Below are positions 38,976 through 52,197 of a stretch of 64,000 bases of DNA, in pieces. The stretch spans positions 3,162,001-3,226,000 of the forward strand of contig OZ038379.1 of the NCBI GenBank assembly GCA_964036045.1, written 5' to 3'. This DNA is from Eutreptiella sp. 'Long Island Sound 2002' (taxonomy: Eukaryota; Protista; Euglenida). The notes under the pieces were generated by a model. That model was not told the origin of the DNA. It saw only the letters and a list, made by a program, of their open reading frames with translations, and did no database searches. The translations under genes and the position numbers were made by a program. Every line of letters starts with the position of its first letter. Position 1 is the stretch's first letter.

Positions 38976-39135
38976 CGGAGGAGTTCCATCGGGTGTCCTG
39001 ATTGCTGACGGTGACGTATGCAGTCAATCGGTAGGTCTCGGTATCAAAATCCAGCAGCAGATGCCCCTCGGGGTCCTGAGTGTTGAATGTCACCCCCATG
39101 ATCGTAGTCGCCGCGTCCGCTCGCAGCGTGACGTC
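38976..39135 (-). CDS. Exon 9: Ig-like (DVTLRADAATTIMGVTFNTQDPEGH...)
   Basis: Acceptor GCGTGCAG, donor GTATGA, phases 0/1. Confidence 0.85.
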
Positions 39136-39344
39136 CTGCACGCGGATCACAACGGGCGGGAGATGACTGGGGATGGGATGGGGCGTCTGGGTCCAACGGG
39201 GGGTCCAAGGAGCATATTCATGAGGCAAGCATAGTGGCATAGAAAACAGACGTAACAGTAAACAAATATCCTGCTTTACTTGTGCCACAAATCGCACTGC
39301 CCTGTAATGTCAATATCGCTCCAGAAGCGGTCCGGAGCAACACT

Positions 39345-39580
39345 CCACATCCGTCCACATCCCTCCACATCCGTCCACATCCCTCCACATCCGTCCACAT
39401 CCCTCCACATCCCTACACAACCCTCTACAACCCTCCACGACTCTCCACAGCCCTCTGGAATCCTTCGGAACCCTCCAGACCACTCCACACACCCCCACAA
39501 CACCAACCACAACCCTCCACAACCCTCCACAACCCTCCACAACCCTCCACAACCCTCCACAAGCCTCAGCAGCCCTCTCT
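39345..39580 (+). repeat. ACATCCCTCC/AACCCTCCAC decamer repeats; related inverted tract at 51940-52170
   Basis: Seen directly. Confidence 0.8.
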
Positions 39581-39647
39581 AAGACTCTCAACTGTGCACT
39601 ATGCTCTGCAACACCATTTACAACCCCAGCTCGAGGGCAAACGGGAC

Positions 39648-39851
39648 CTGTCGGCTTGCCACCACCGAAGCCGCTGGCCACACTATACTGTACTCCGTCA
39701 GGCTGTTGCTGAACTTCTGGCCGTCGACAGACACCTCCAAATAGCTGGGGTGTGACAAGACGGCCGTGTCTGTCACGTTAGGTTGGCGACAGAGGACTTC
39801 AGTCGGGGAAACATATTGAACCCAATCAGGACCAGTGACCACTAGTGAGCG
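39648..39851 (-). CDS. Exon 8: IPT/TIG completion (YVSPTEVLC...LEVSVDGQKFS)
   Basis: Acceptor TTCTTTCTATTCCACAG, donor GTCCCG, phases 0/0. Confidence 0.9.
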
Positions 39852-42227
39852 CTGTGGAATAGAAAGAACGTGTGAGGGCGACCGAATCTGGGCACCACAA
39901 ACAAGCGCATTTTTGCCAACACCTGTCGGCTTCCATGGGATGTTTGGGCAAAAGCCAGGGCTGTCCAGAAAAAAGTGCCGGGCGCTGGTACGCCCCGAAC
40001 TCAACAGAGCAGCGGCAGGCTGACCAATAACCACTGTCGGCTTCAGTGATACATGCACCAACACGGCAGTAAATTCATTGCAATAGGAGGCCACTGGGCT
40101 ATCTAGCCCTGAAATAAATCTGCGTGAACAACAGATAAATCCGTGTAACAAACAGTCCAGCTGGGATCCTGTACTGAAACCACCGTTCACAGGAGCAAAC
40201 GATAGTTACCGGCCAAACGGCGTCAGTGGACCATCATCTACCGTCGGTTGATTGCCAACCGCCTTCGGGCAAGCGGCGGCTGCATTGAGTTCACCGCAAT
40301 CCTCACACCTAAAACAACATGCTGTGCTTCGTGTGTGCGGGGGGGGAGGGGGGGGGGATCTCCGTCCATAAGGACATCCCTGGCGAAAGGCATCACACAA
40401 AGCGCATGCGGCCTGTAGACAAGACATGTTTCTGGCGTCTGTTTGTAGGGCACTGCCGAAATGCCCCGCAGAAATCCAGCAGGGGGTGGGTGTTGAAGTG
40501 GGGTCCTTCCCTCCCACGACTGGTTATGTGAGATTCTGCTCTTGGAGGGTACACCCCATTGACAGCCGCCGCCAGACTGCTGCCCTTGCAGAGGTCAACC
40601 CACCAACACAGGCATTGGCAACCTCCCACAACCACCAAGATATCACTTGGCTAAAAGCGGTTGGCGGCTCTCCCTAAGGGCGCTCCTTGGTGTAAAAACA
40701 AAAAGGGAGTACGTCCGCCTGGCGCTGTAAAACGGAGCGCGTGAGGACGTGTGGAATGACAGTCTGGTCTGGCATTGGAGAAAGAAGTGGATTGATTCGA
40801 GAGAAGATGGAGAGATTCGGCGTCGGGCTCAGCCTGGCAATATGACGGATGCCATTGTTAGATAATTTGAAGATGGGGCTGGGGGGTGCATAAAAGCGAG
40901 ACAAGCAAAGCCGATCTGTCCCCTCGGTACCAAACAAATGCTTGTATGCACAGGAAGAACACATGACTGAAAGGTACATGGTCAGTGTGGACGGAGCCCT
41001 CCCGAGTGACATCGGTTGCTTTTCCCAGGGCAGAGCAGGAAGGAGTCTCCTGCTTTGTGCTGCCATGCAAGGCCCAGGACTCAAGAAAGAGTTTTGTCTG
41101 CACGACTGGGGGGGGGGGGTGCCATAAAAGGCTGAGTAAGTGCAGGGGGCAGAAAGGCGATGTTAAATATCGGCCAGAACATCTGGTGTGCAGTGCAATG
41201 CCGTTTCACCGCGGGAAATGGCCTCCAATCGGGACTACATCGGGACTACCGCCGTTCCGGAGAAGGGGGTGGAAGAAGTAGTTTGTACCACAGCTCATGT
41301 GTGCACAGCCTTCTGCCCCCATGGCAGCTGCTCCCCTGCCAGCGCCAACAGGCTTCACTTGCCGTCTTTCCCAAGACCATCAAGTTTGCTGCGGGGTGGG
41401 CAGGGATGCACTCGAACGGACTTTGAGGAGGAAATGTTGAGCGATATTTGGTGCACAAACACTTGGGTCTCAGGCCGCCCCCTTGTATCCTTGCCTGGTG
41501 AAATTTTCATTGGGGAGCGGGGGGGGGGGGGGGGGGGCTGCAGAAAGCGGCTCCAAGGGCCACAAGCTTATTTCCTCAATAAAAATGCCTGAAGTCTTGC
41601 CTCCAATGATTTCAAAGTGCTGCGGCCTGTTCTCCTCCTGTGTGGTATACGGGCACTAGCATTGTGACTGGGTGTGCAGAAGTCTGGGCCTGCATTTCAA
41701 GTTTGGCAAGGAATAGGTGACAATCAACTAATGGCTCCAACAAGTGGCAAGGCAGTCTTGCTATGTGATACGAGAAACCAATGCATGGAAAGCATGGAAA
41801 AAAAGAGAGCCAGCCGTTGGAGCCCCCTCCAGGGGGGTTGGGGGGGGGTGGGCAAGGGCTCCAAGCCCCCCACCCCCCCACCCCACCCCAAAGTAAATTT
41901 TTCGGGAGCCCTTCAAGCAAATCCCTGGGGCGGAGCCCCCTTTCTGAGATGGAGGTGGTGGTCGGAAACAGGGGCTCCAAGGGCCAGGGGCCAAATAATT
42001 CTTCCGGTCAGGAAGGGGCAGAGCTTCTGTACATTTGTCTTGAGGTATACATCCCCGGGGTCCCCCGCCCCCTCTCTCCTCTCCCCAGCTGCTGTGGGCC
42101 CCATCCCCCGTCCCAGGGTGTTGTGTTGGGTGCCCAATCCCAGAGTCCTTTTCAAAGGGCCCCCCAAAAGGTGCTCCGAGCCCCCCGACCTCGGCAGGTG
42201 CATGTCGGTGAGCGATGGCTTTTGGAA

Positions 42228-42602
42228 CACTGTACTGTACACTGTACACACTGTACTGTACTGTACTGCACTGTACTATACACTGTACTGCACTGCACTA
42301 TACACTGTACTGCACTGTACTGCACTGTACTGTACACTGTACACACTGTACTGCACTGTACTGTACACTGTACTATACACTGTACTGCACTGTACTATAC
42401 ACTGTACTGCAGTGTACTATACACTGTACTGCACTGTACTATACACTGTACTGCACTGTACTATACACTGTACTGCACTGTACTATACACTGTACTGCAC
42501 TGTACTATACACTGTACTGCACTGTACTATACACTGTACTGCACTGTACTATACACTGTACTGCACTGTAGAGTGTACTGCACGGTACTGCGTTGTACTG
42601 TA
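42228..42602 (+). repeat. 22-bp minisatellite ACTGTACTGCACTGTACTATAC
   Basis: Seen directly. Confidence 0.92.
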
Positions 42603-43099
42603 CAAGGGGTGGTGGCTGAATTTTGCATATCGCCCACCCCACCCCCCTTCGCCGGTCAGATGGTAAGGCATCTTGTGCGCACAAAAACCCCCATCACTGG
42701 TCAGGCGGTACGGCATTTTGCGTGCACAAATCGTTACTCTTTGCTGCCTCGAAACACCGCAGCGGTCACAGAACCAAAACGACGCGCAACAACTGCACAT
42801 GTCTCAGCATCGGTGGGGATTGTGCCAACACGGAGCGTCTTTGGCGGTCGGAGCCATTGTTGCCTCATCTGTGCCCACTAAGCGTCCCGTAAGAGGGGGG
42901 CGGGGGGCGGCTGCATACTTTTTGAATTCCGCATGGGAAGGGCTTGAGAATGGGCTTGGGCCACGGGGGCCGCCACCAGCCAATGTGTGACCCCGAGGGG
43001 TGTTCGACAGTTTGGGGTGCTGTAGGGGGGGGGGGGGACCCCCACCCCCCTCCGAAGGGGGGGGCCGGGGACCCCCCCCCCCCCTTCGTTGACCCAAAC

Positions 43100-43350
43100 C
43101 CAGCAGAGCGGGGGACAGAATCAAAAGTGGCCCCCAAGTGGGCAAGGTGGCTACATAACCCGTGCCGCCTCGGGGGTCCCCACCGCTTCAGAGCGGGGGA
43201 CCGAATCAGAGGTGGCCCCCAAGTGGGCAGGGTGGCTACATAACCCCTGCCGCCTCGGGGGTCCCCACCGCTTCAGAGCGGGGGGTAGCATGAGAGGTGG
43301 CCCCCAAGTGGGCAAGGTGGCTGCCGCCTGGGGGGTCCCCACCGCTTCAA
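43100..43350 (+). repeat. About 85-bp tandem units x3; related sequence at 985-1090 (+) and 2015-2065 (inverted)
   Basis: Shared GGGGAC..AATCA and GCTACATAACCCCTGC..GGGGTCCCCA. Confidence 0.75.
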
Positions 43351-43707
43351 AACGGGGAACCTTAACAAAAAAAAATCACGTCCCATAACGACCGCCCTGA
43401 CTAACGCTCAAACAGGCTCCCATCAGCCAAGGTCCGACCCGGAGGCCGGATCAGGGTCAAAACCCTTTTTTGTGCTTTTCAGCCATTTTTCAATTCTCCA
43501 CGAAATTCTGAGTATTTTGAGTATAGACACATAGGGTCAAACAAAAAAATTTCCCCCTGCCCTATGCCTAAAACAAAATCTCCGGCGCCTCCGGCGCCGA
43601 CAAAGCACATTGTTCCGTACGACAATTTTGGGGTCCGTAGAGGGGGGGGGGGGGGTCCCCTCCCCCCCCCTTTGGGGTCGGGTCCCGACCAAGAGCGGCC
43701 CCCGTGG

Positions 43708-43849
43708 CTTGGGCCCAGGGTCTATCTCAGCGATATGTGAAAATGCCAGTTCATTAATTTTGACGGAAACCGGGGCCGTTTTTGGCCGAATCATTTATCT
43801 GCCGGGAGCAGCATTTTCACAAATCCGTGAGATAGACCCTGGGCCCAAG
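43708..43849. mobile_element. Foldback/MITE-like element with about 39-bp inverted ends
   Basis: CTTGGGCCCAGGGTCTATCTCA..TGTGAAAATGC mirrored at 43811-43849. Confidence 0.65.
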
Positions 43850-44564
43850 CTCATTCCCAAGCCCTTTTCATGCGGAATTCAAAAACCATGCACATATCCC
43901 CGCTCTGGGACAACACACTCTGGCAATGGGACGAAATGTGCATAAAAAAACCCAAAAAGGGTCCCTTTGCTCCGCACTGGCACAGAATATGAGGGGATAT
44001 GCATCTTTGGGGACCATGACCCCGGGAACACTGATGGGCCATCGTCAGGGTGCATCCGCCCTCCCACTCCCGTTTCGCCGTACCAACGGGGGCGGCCTCG
44101 GAGACGGGGACCTGCAACCAGAAGCAGCGCCCCACTCCACCATCCGCATTTCCGGTCGGGCCACGGGTCAGGAGCACGAGACACCCGCCCCGACGCCCTA
44201 TTCTCTGCCGTCGCCTTTCTGCACCCCTTCCCCCCGCCCGCAGTCGGTTTGTGCTATCCCGCGATCCCTTCCCAACTCCAATGTGGAGACTGCCACTCAC
44301 CGCGTCTCGTTGATCCCGACTATGCCCCATCAAGGGCATCCGCTGGCTCCACGTCAGCCTCTAACTCTGCCTCTTTATCCGCCTCTTCTTCTGACTCTTC
44401 CTCCGACCCTGACTCCGGCTGAATCTAACTCCGAATCCGACCCGAACATTTTGAATTGTGCCCCGACAAATGAGTCACACACGGACACATGGGGCAAACA
44501 CGGACAAGCCAAGGTAGTGTCCCCCCACCGGACCAGGCCCCATATGGGGCAGAGCAGGGCATAC

Positions 44565-44753
44565 CCCGGCGGTCGAAAACTGGCAACTGAGCTGCGGAGT
44601 GGACAGGAAACCGTAGCCATCCAATCGAATCCACGGCGAGTCCGCGTACCAGCCACGCTTTGGGGACACGGTCAGAACGGTCGGCGTTGGGACGCGGCGA
44701 AGCGTGATCCCGTTGCTTGTGGCATCCCGCGGCATCAGCTGCACCTCGAGGGC
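44565..44753 (-). CDS. Exon 7: second IPT/TIG domain start (VLTVSPKRGWY...LDGYGF...CQF)
   Basis: Acceptor GCTCTCCAG, donor GTATGC, phases 0/0. Confidence 0.9.
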
Positions 44754-46454
44754 CTGGAGAGCGTTGGGGCGGGGGGCTGCGGAGTGCTGCGGCTGGGCTC
44801 GGCTCGGGGTGGGGCACTCCAGCACGTCACTTGCCTCGCCGTCCTTATCCCCCCCCAAACCAAACTTATGATGCGGTGCCTGCCGCGCACCCTGCGGCGC
44901 TCCGTCTGGGTAATGCGCGCAGAACGTGTACTGCACGTGCACTGTGGAGGTGCAATCCTGCAACCTTTTGGTGAGGCCCCTGCTGTGCCGGGGGAACGAC
45001 CAACGCCGCCTGTGGTCGTTGTATTGAAAAATTGTGTGTCATCGTTTCACGGCGGTCAATTGCTCGGATGCTGTTGGCTCAGCCCTCTTCTTTGCCTCAT
45101 CTTTGCATGATTGATGATCTGGAGGCCCCTTTTGCGGCGGGGGACGCAGATCCTGAGTGGCTGAAGCGTTTAACGCCGAGAGAGGCGCGCAGCGTCGAGC
45201 TGCGTCCGTGGTCTCTCCTCTGCAGAACGATGGAGTCAACCGATCAAAGGTACACAGACATTTTCAGTGCCCTGCTTGCTTCCTTGTACACCGAGAAGCT
45301 GTTGGTTGCCGAGAGGCACTGTCAGGCCGTGGCTCGCAATTTCGATATTGTCGCACCAAAGCTGCAGAGGTACAGCGCCTCCAAAGCGGGTATTCTGGCG
45401 TGCTTTGTGGGCCTGCAGGGGCCCTGTGGGGAACGCTTTCGCCGCAGGCATGCCACGGGCGCCGCAGGGTCAGGGTGCTGAGCTTAGGTGCACACTGTAG
45501 CTCCCAGGGTCCTGCACAGTGTCCCGTTAATCTGTGTCCTCGGTGGGCCCTCCGCAGTGCGCAGCATCACTGGGGGATTACCCTCCTGGGAGCTGCACCT
45601 CTCCCCACCTGAACACCTTGGAAACACGGCCCCATACAGCCGCCGACAGTGTGGCGAGTGAAGAAAACGATCCACCAGAAGTGACCCCAGGTGTAGGGGT
45701 GGGTGCATGTGGTGCTTGTGGTTGGGGTTGCGGTTGTGGTCATCATAATGGTTGGGTGTGTGGCTGTGACTGTGGCTGTGTGGGTATAGGCGTGTCTGTC
45801 CATACAGTGACCCCAAGTGTAGGGGTGGGTGCATGTGGTGCTTGGGGTTTTCTATGCTCTTAACTGAGTTCTCTGACACTTCAGAGACGGGCTCTCAGGG
45901 TTCTCTACTGCAGTCCCAGAGATTGGGGCACGCCAAGCTGCGATCTGCATCTTCTCACCTCTCAGTACTCCTAAAATCCAGTGCATGCCCCCTAGGGGTA
46001 CGATGACCGACATGTTGGCAGGGTCCGTTGTGCACAGGGCTGTTGGCAGGTCTGTTGTGTGTGGGGCTGGCGGTGGAGGTCTGTGGTTGCATGGGCCTGT
46101 GGGCAGGGTCTGTTGTATGCGGGCCTTGCCCAAGCCTGCCCTATGCAGATCTGTTGCAGCAACAATACTCTCCATGGCAATTTTCCTGTTCCCGTTCGTT
46201 CAGACCAGGGGGTGAAGCACAAACGTGAAAAAACTTGCTGGCAAAACCATCTGGTTTGGTTCAGTTGTGTTCTCTTTTCTTGGGGAGGTCCTCCGTGTTG
46301 CTCTGCCCCCACGCCGGATGCATTTCTGGCGTATGCTTTGCGATGCAGCATGTGGTGGGCTGGCGTTTGCTTTACAGGTGCACAGCGCCTTGACAGGGGC
46401 TGGGAGAAGCCGGGATGGGTACCGGGTTGGACATGGGACTTGGGGGGGGGGGGG

Positions 46455-46744
46455 GGCATGAAGCCGTGGTATTTTGTTGTCTGCTGTTGGCGGTGCCAAT
46501 CGGCCTCCCGCCACTGCCATCACTGACTCCGGTGGAGCCAACGTAGTTTCTGGTTGTGCCAATGGAACCGCAGGACTTTCCCTGTTTCACACCTCCGTGA
46601 TCGGTCATCACAGAGGGAGGGCTTTCGCCCTCGCCACTGGCCAGGAACGTCCAGTTGGACATCCCTTGCCAGCGGTGGATTGACCGTCCCCAACGGTGAC
46701 ATTTTTTTCCCGGCCTGGGGATGTCCACCTCCAGGGTCACTTCA
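46455..46744 (+). repeat. Dispersed family R1 (head G-run+GGCATGAAGCCGTGGTATTTTGTTGTCTGC); other copies 6448-6638, 18749-18995, 25770-26049, 59636-59810
   Basis: Direct comparison: shared left end, variable right ends. Confidence 0.9.
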
Positions 46745-47595
46745 GTGGGGGGGGGGGGGTCCTGGGGGGGGGGCGGGGGGAAGGGGGATGCAGCTCGTGC
46801 ATGCTAAGCCATCGTGGGTGAATATCATCAATTGGCTACGCTGCATTGGTGACCGTAGTGCGATGCCCCTTATCAAGGTCTTTTGTTGCCTACAAGATCA
46901 AAAAAAAATGCCCCCTACGTTGTTGTTCACTGGGCCGATCAAACGGCAAATATGGCAAATATGTTTGGGACTCTCAAAAGGGTAATCGTGATCATTAGAC
47001 AAATGGATCAGAAACCCTCCTTCGGACCACCACGGACTGCTGTGCTACTAGACAGCCTGACGCTGGAATGCACTCGACGTTGGGAGTACTGGGGAATGAG
47101 AAGATCCGCATCACAGCTTGACATGCTCCAATCTCTGATACTAAGAGCATGGCAACCACAAGCACCACATGTAGCCACCGTACACCTGGGGTCACTGCAT
47201 CAACTCCCACAGCCACAACCACGGCCTCACCAACACCAGTAACAACCGCCACAACCACAACCACAACCCCAACTGCAGCTACGACCACAGCCACAGCAAA
47301 TACAGCAACAGCACCCACATGCATACACGCACTGACACACACAGCCATAACCACACCCATACCTACACCCACAGCTATTACATCCACAGCCACAGCCACA
47401 CAACCACTACATCCATAACCACAGCCCCAACCAGAACCACAGCCACAACAACTACAGCAGCAGCACAGACAGTGACACCCACACCCACAGCTATTCCTTT
47501 CACATCCATAACCACAACCACAACCAGAACGAAGGACAACCCCTGGCCACACCCAGTGGCGTGGTGTCTTCCCTCTGCTAGGCCTGGAAACACAC

Positions 47596-47906
47596 CTCCC
47601 CTGTGCAGCTCTCGGAGGATGTATTGGTCTGAGGCGTGTAGCACTCCACATGGGACATGGAGACCAATGTGGCTGGGGTCTTCAGCCCCCCTGCGAAATT
47701 GCACTCCAAAAATCCCAGTTCTGCCAAGCCCTCCCCTGTGATCTTCAAGAGCGTGCCTCCCTGTACATCCGCAACCGTGGGCTCAATGGAAATGACAGCG
47801 TAGAGTAACAAAGTGATGATCATGGGTTGGTCACCCACCATTGCGAGGGCGTACATGCGTCGGAGCTGTGTGTCCTGGTGCACGCTGTGGATGACCTCAC
47901 GCTTGC
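47596..47906 (-). CDS. Exon 6: end of propeller-like region and first IPT/TIG domain (ISIEPTVADVQGGTLLKITGEG)
   Basis: Acceptor CAATTTCAG, donor GTGTGT, phases 1/0; IPT-type PxxxxxxGGTxlxIxGxG motif. Confidence 0.9.
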
Positions 47907-49299
47907 CTGAAATTGTCATTGAGCAAGGTCAACATGCTCGGGCAGAACCGAGGCCACAACCATAAGTTCACGGAGCACAAATGCTGGCAGCTCAAAGGCG
48001 GCCCAGTGCACCGGAGCACACGGGCCGGCAGGGATAGGAACAGGCCTAGGGTTCAGGTTTAGGGCACAACCCCTTACCACACCCCAAGATGGCATGAAAG
48101 GCGGGGAATGGCTGGCCATGAGCTTCACACAGTGCAGGAACCTCTACGTGTCGCTGCCATTTTGTTTCTATAGAAAAGACGAGGCTGTTCCTTTTAATGG
48201 GCGGAAAGGACGACGTTTAGAAATGGTAGTCCTTGCTATGTGTGGAAGAGGGAAAACCTCGATTGTTCTACACCAAAAAGGAGGACCTCCCAAAATCACA
48301 CCCTTTCAGAAGCATGTACGTACTACCTCCACAGAAAAATCGGTTTCCAATGTTTGGTCCCAAAGAATGTTCTTTCGGAGCTGAGTTGTCATTTCGACAG
48401 AGATTCCTTTTGGGCTTATTAATTGTTCACAAAAAGGTAATATTAAGGGAGAATCAGTGCGAAAAGCCCTGGCCAAAGCCCTGCAGTGCTGCACTGTGTG
48501 GCCACACCGTACTACAGTATCTAGTAGAGCGCCATTGCACACGTCCAGTGCGTAGCAAAGCAATGTAACACTACTGTACTATACAGCTAGCACTGTGGAA
48601 TAGCACTGGGAAGTGCGGAGATGTCGTACAACTGTGTGGTACGACAGGTCTTTGCGGGCCACCCTACAGGTGCAAACATGAGTGTCTCCCCATTTGATGG
48701 TCATGCCCACACAAATCGAAGGGTAGAAATTTAAGCCATCTCCGTTGGAATTTGGGCCATTTTGATAGGCATTTGGTTCATCTTGGTAGGAATCTGGGCC
48801 ACTCTATACAGCCATGTGGCAAAAACGCCACATTCAAATGGCACAAAAATCCGGCTGCTGAAGAAAAGGAGGATATGCAAAACCCTCATGGCGGGCCTCC
48901 CCTCAAATTTGCCCCCCACCCCCCCTCCTGCGCTTGTGTCATATTAGGATGAAGGGTATGTTAGTACCCCCCCCCCCCTTGTATAAGCCACGCAAAAGTC
49001 CCAAATTAATACTGTCCCTACGCCTACTATAGCTTGGACAAGGCCGTAGAGCCCGAGGTTCAAAAAGAGAAGATTGCATGGTGAGCTGGTCCAAGAAAGG
49101 GGAATACAATGCATAAATATCCCCAAAATCAGAGCTATGTGGGTTCAAGTGGGCAAACACTCACAACAGATATGTCCATGACCCTATGTAGCTGGCAAAT
49201 TTGTCACCAAACCCATGTCTTATGTGGCCGCGCTACATTTGTACCGAATCAAATTAGGTACCAAATTAATACTGTCCCTACACCTGCTGTAGCTTGGAC

Positions 49300-50557
49300 A
49301 AGGGCGTAGCTTATACAGGGGGGGGGGCGGGGTAGCAGGGCTATTGTCATATCGGCTGGTGTCATCACGAGGGGGGGGGGGGGCGACAACAACCGGACCT
49401 GATGCGACCCACCCCCTGGCTATCTGTCAAAACTTGGCGGGGGGGGGGGGGTTGGCATGTCATCGGGGGGGGGGGGCTGGCGGGAGGGGGGGTATGGGCG
49501 GTACGGCCGGGGGGGGGGGGTTGTTGCCATGGTGTGTCACTGGGCTGTACAAAGGGAGCAGAACAAGGACCAAAGGCATAGTACCCCCTTCAAAGAGAGC
49601 AGAACAAGGACCAAACACATAGTACCCCCTTCAACTAGGCATGCAAAAAAAAATTCGGCGCCGTTGGTACCATGGCCCCTACACCACTATCTCTCAAACC
49701 TCAGGGGGGGGGGGGGGCTGGGGGATGTCGCATACAAGGACCAGCCCCACCCCCCCCCCGTGGGTGTCATATTAGAAGGGTCGTGTCATATGAAGAACAC
49801 TGGTGGGTGGGTTGCAGAGTACTGCTGATCAAAACCGTGCAAATCCTAAGGATATGTGCAATCCAAATTTTTGCGGTGGCCCAAACCAATTTTTATCATG
49901 CAAAATCTTGGCGGGTGCCCCCAAAAAGGGCGTAGCTTATACAGGGGGGGGGCGGGGTAGCAGGGCTGGTGTCATATCGGCTGGTGTCATCACGAGGGGG
50001 GGGGGGGGGGCGACAAAACCGGACCTGATGCGACCCACCCCCTGGCTATCTGTCAAAACTTGGCGGGGGGGGGGGGGGGGGGTTGGCATGTCATCGGGGG
50101 GGGGGGCTGGCGGGAGGGGGGGTATCGGCGGTACGGCCGGGGGGGGGGGGGGTGTTGCCATGGTGTGTCACTGGGCTGTACAAAGGGGGCAGAACAAGGA
50201 CCAAAGGCATAGTACCCCCTTCAAAGAGAGCAGAACAAGGACCAAACACATAGTACCCCCTTCAACCAGGCATGCAAAAACAAAAATCGGCGCCGTTGGT
50301 ACCATGGCCCCTGCACCACTATCTCTCAAACCTCGGGGGGGGGGGGGGGGCTGGGGGATGTCGCATACAAGGACCAGCCCCCCCCCCCCCGTGGGTGTCA
50401 TATTAGAAGGGTCGTGTCATATGAAGAACACTGGTGGGTGGGTTGCAGAGTACTGCTGATCAAAACCGTGCAAATCCTAAGGATATGTGCAATCCAAATT
50501 TTTGCGGTGGCCCAAACCAATTTTTATCATGCAAAATCTTGGCGGGTGCCCCCAAAA
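49300..50557 (+). repeat. Tandem duplication of an about 626-bp unit
   Basis: AAGGGCGTAGCTTATACAGG at 49300 and 49926; units co-linear. Confidence 0.92.
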
Positions 50558-51791
50558 ACAAGCAAAATCTAAGTAATATACTTCTCCGATTTTTCAGTGA
50601 GATTATGACATGTTCAGCCAGGCTTTTTTGTGTTTTTTTCCATCTTTTTTCCATCTCTGCGAAATTTTCTCGGTTGCTGTCAATTCCAAGAGGGTTGCTG
50701 TTTATTGCAGTGAGAAATTGTTCAGAAGCCCATCAAACAACACGTGTCTCAGTAGATTCATCTTGGGTTATCATTTTTGAGAAAATGTTGTTCTGCATCA
50801 ATCTCAACAAGACCAACGGACCAACTACTTACATTCAACCCAAGATGGCCCAGACACTGTGGCCAATTTGAGATATTTTGCTGCAGCACAGGCTTCAACT
50901 ATGGCAAGGGCATTAATGGTCGCGAATCTAGTTCAAACAGATAAAATTCGTCTCATTGATGCAACAACATTCAAATACTTGATTAACCCAATCCTTGCAC
51001 ATCACTGTGAACTTGATGTGAAAATTACAGACGAATATGTCAGCAACCGCGATCTCACCTTGGACATGTCATCAAACCTCAGGAGGTTCCTCTTGCGGTG
51101 TTTCGCAAATGTTCCGGAACAATGGCTACCATGATAATGGAATGAAAATGGAACTATAACACCATGTGACAATGACATGCAATGTGTTGTGCTTTGCTGT
51201 GATGCACTTGTTGTATGCTGTTGGGGTGTGTGTTGAGCGACACATTCCCTTGTTCTATATTATCAGGACCTTGGCAATGCCAAGGAAGAATACATCTGTT
51301 CTCCTGGGAGATCCCAAAGCTCCTGCCTATCCACCCATTGCACCACATCAGTCAAAGCAACACATAAATAAACAACCATGCATCAGCCATCCAAGGGCCA
51401 TTCCGTGGAGACGACAAAGCAAACAAGATGGTAGGAATACCAAACATGCCAGGTATGCGTTTCTCGGTACCTTTCTCACACCATGCAAAGCGCAACACTT
51501 CAGTGGTGCACGTTTTCGGGAGTCAACCATGCAATGACTTCCCAAGTGGCTGTCTGTGGCCTATGGGGTGAGATAGAAACCACGGACAGGTTTGCGATGC
51601 ACCCTTTCAGATTCCGGACACACAGTTGATGGCACAGGCTTTCCCACCCCCAATATTCCCTCCCATGTACATCCGAAAGTAGCTGTAACAACATCGGCAA
51701 CCGTCGCTCCGGGCTGACGGTGTCCACTGCGACTGGGGAGTGATCCTCAACGGCAGCGGAGCAGATGATAAAGCACATTGTAGCAAAGAAC

Positions 51792-51930
51792 CTCCACGTG
51801 TGCGCAGGCGGATGATGCCGTATGGGGTCAGCGTGGTGGCATTGATCTTGTACACGGCGCTGGGTTGCTTTGGCACGTCCACCACCAGAAACACTGCGTC
51901 CAGGAACGGGTCCAGTGACAGGGCGACCAC
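51792..51930 (-). CDS. Exon 5 (VVALSLDPFLDAVFLVV...IRLRTRG), propeller-like blade
   Basis: Acceptor TTTTCCAAG, donor GTTCTT, phases 0/1. Confidence 0.83.
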
Positions 51931-52197
51931 CTTGGAAAACGTGAGTGAGGGTTGGAGAGGATTGAAGAGGATTGTCGAGGGCTGTTGGGGATTGAAGAGG
52001 GTTGGGAAGGTTGAAGAGTGTTCGAGAGGGATGAACAGGGGTGGAGAGGGGTGGAGAGGAATGTAGAGGGTTGCAAAGGGTTGAAGAGGGTTGCAGAGCA
52101 GTCCAGAAGGTCGAAAATGGTCGGACAGGAGTGGAGGGAGTTGCAAAGGGTTGCAAAGCGTTCGGGATCGGGCAGAGGGTTGGGGAAGCTTCGAGAC

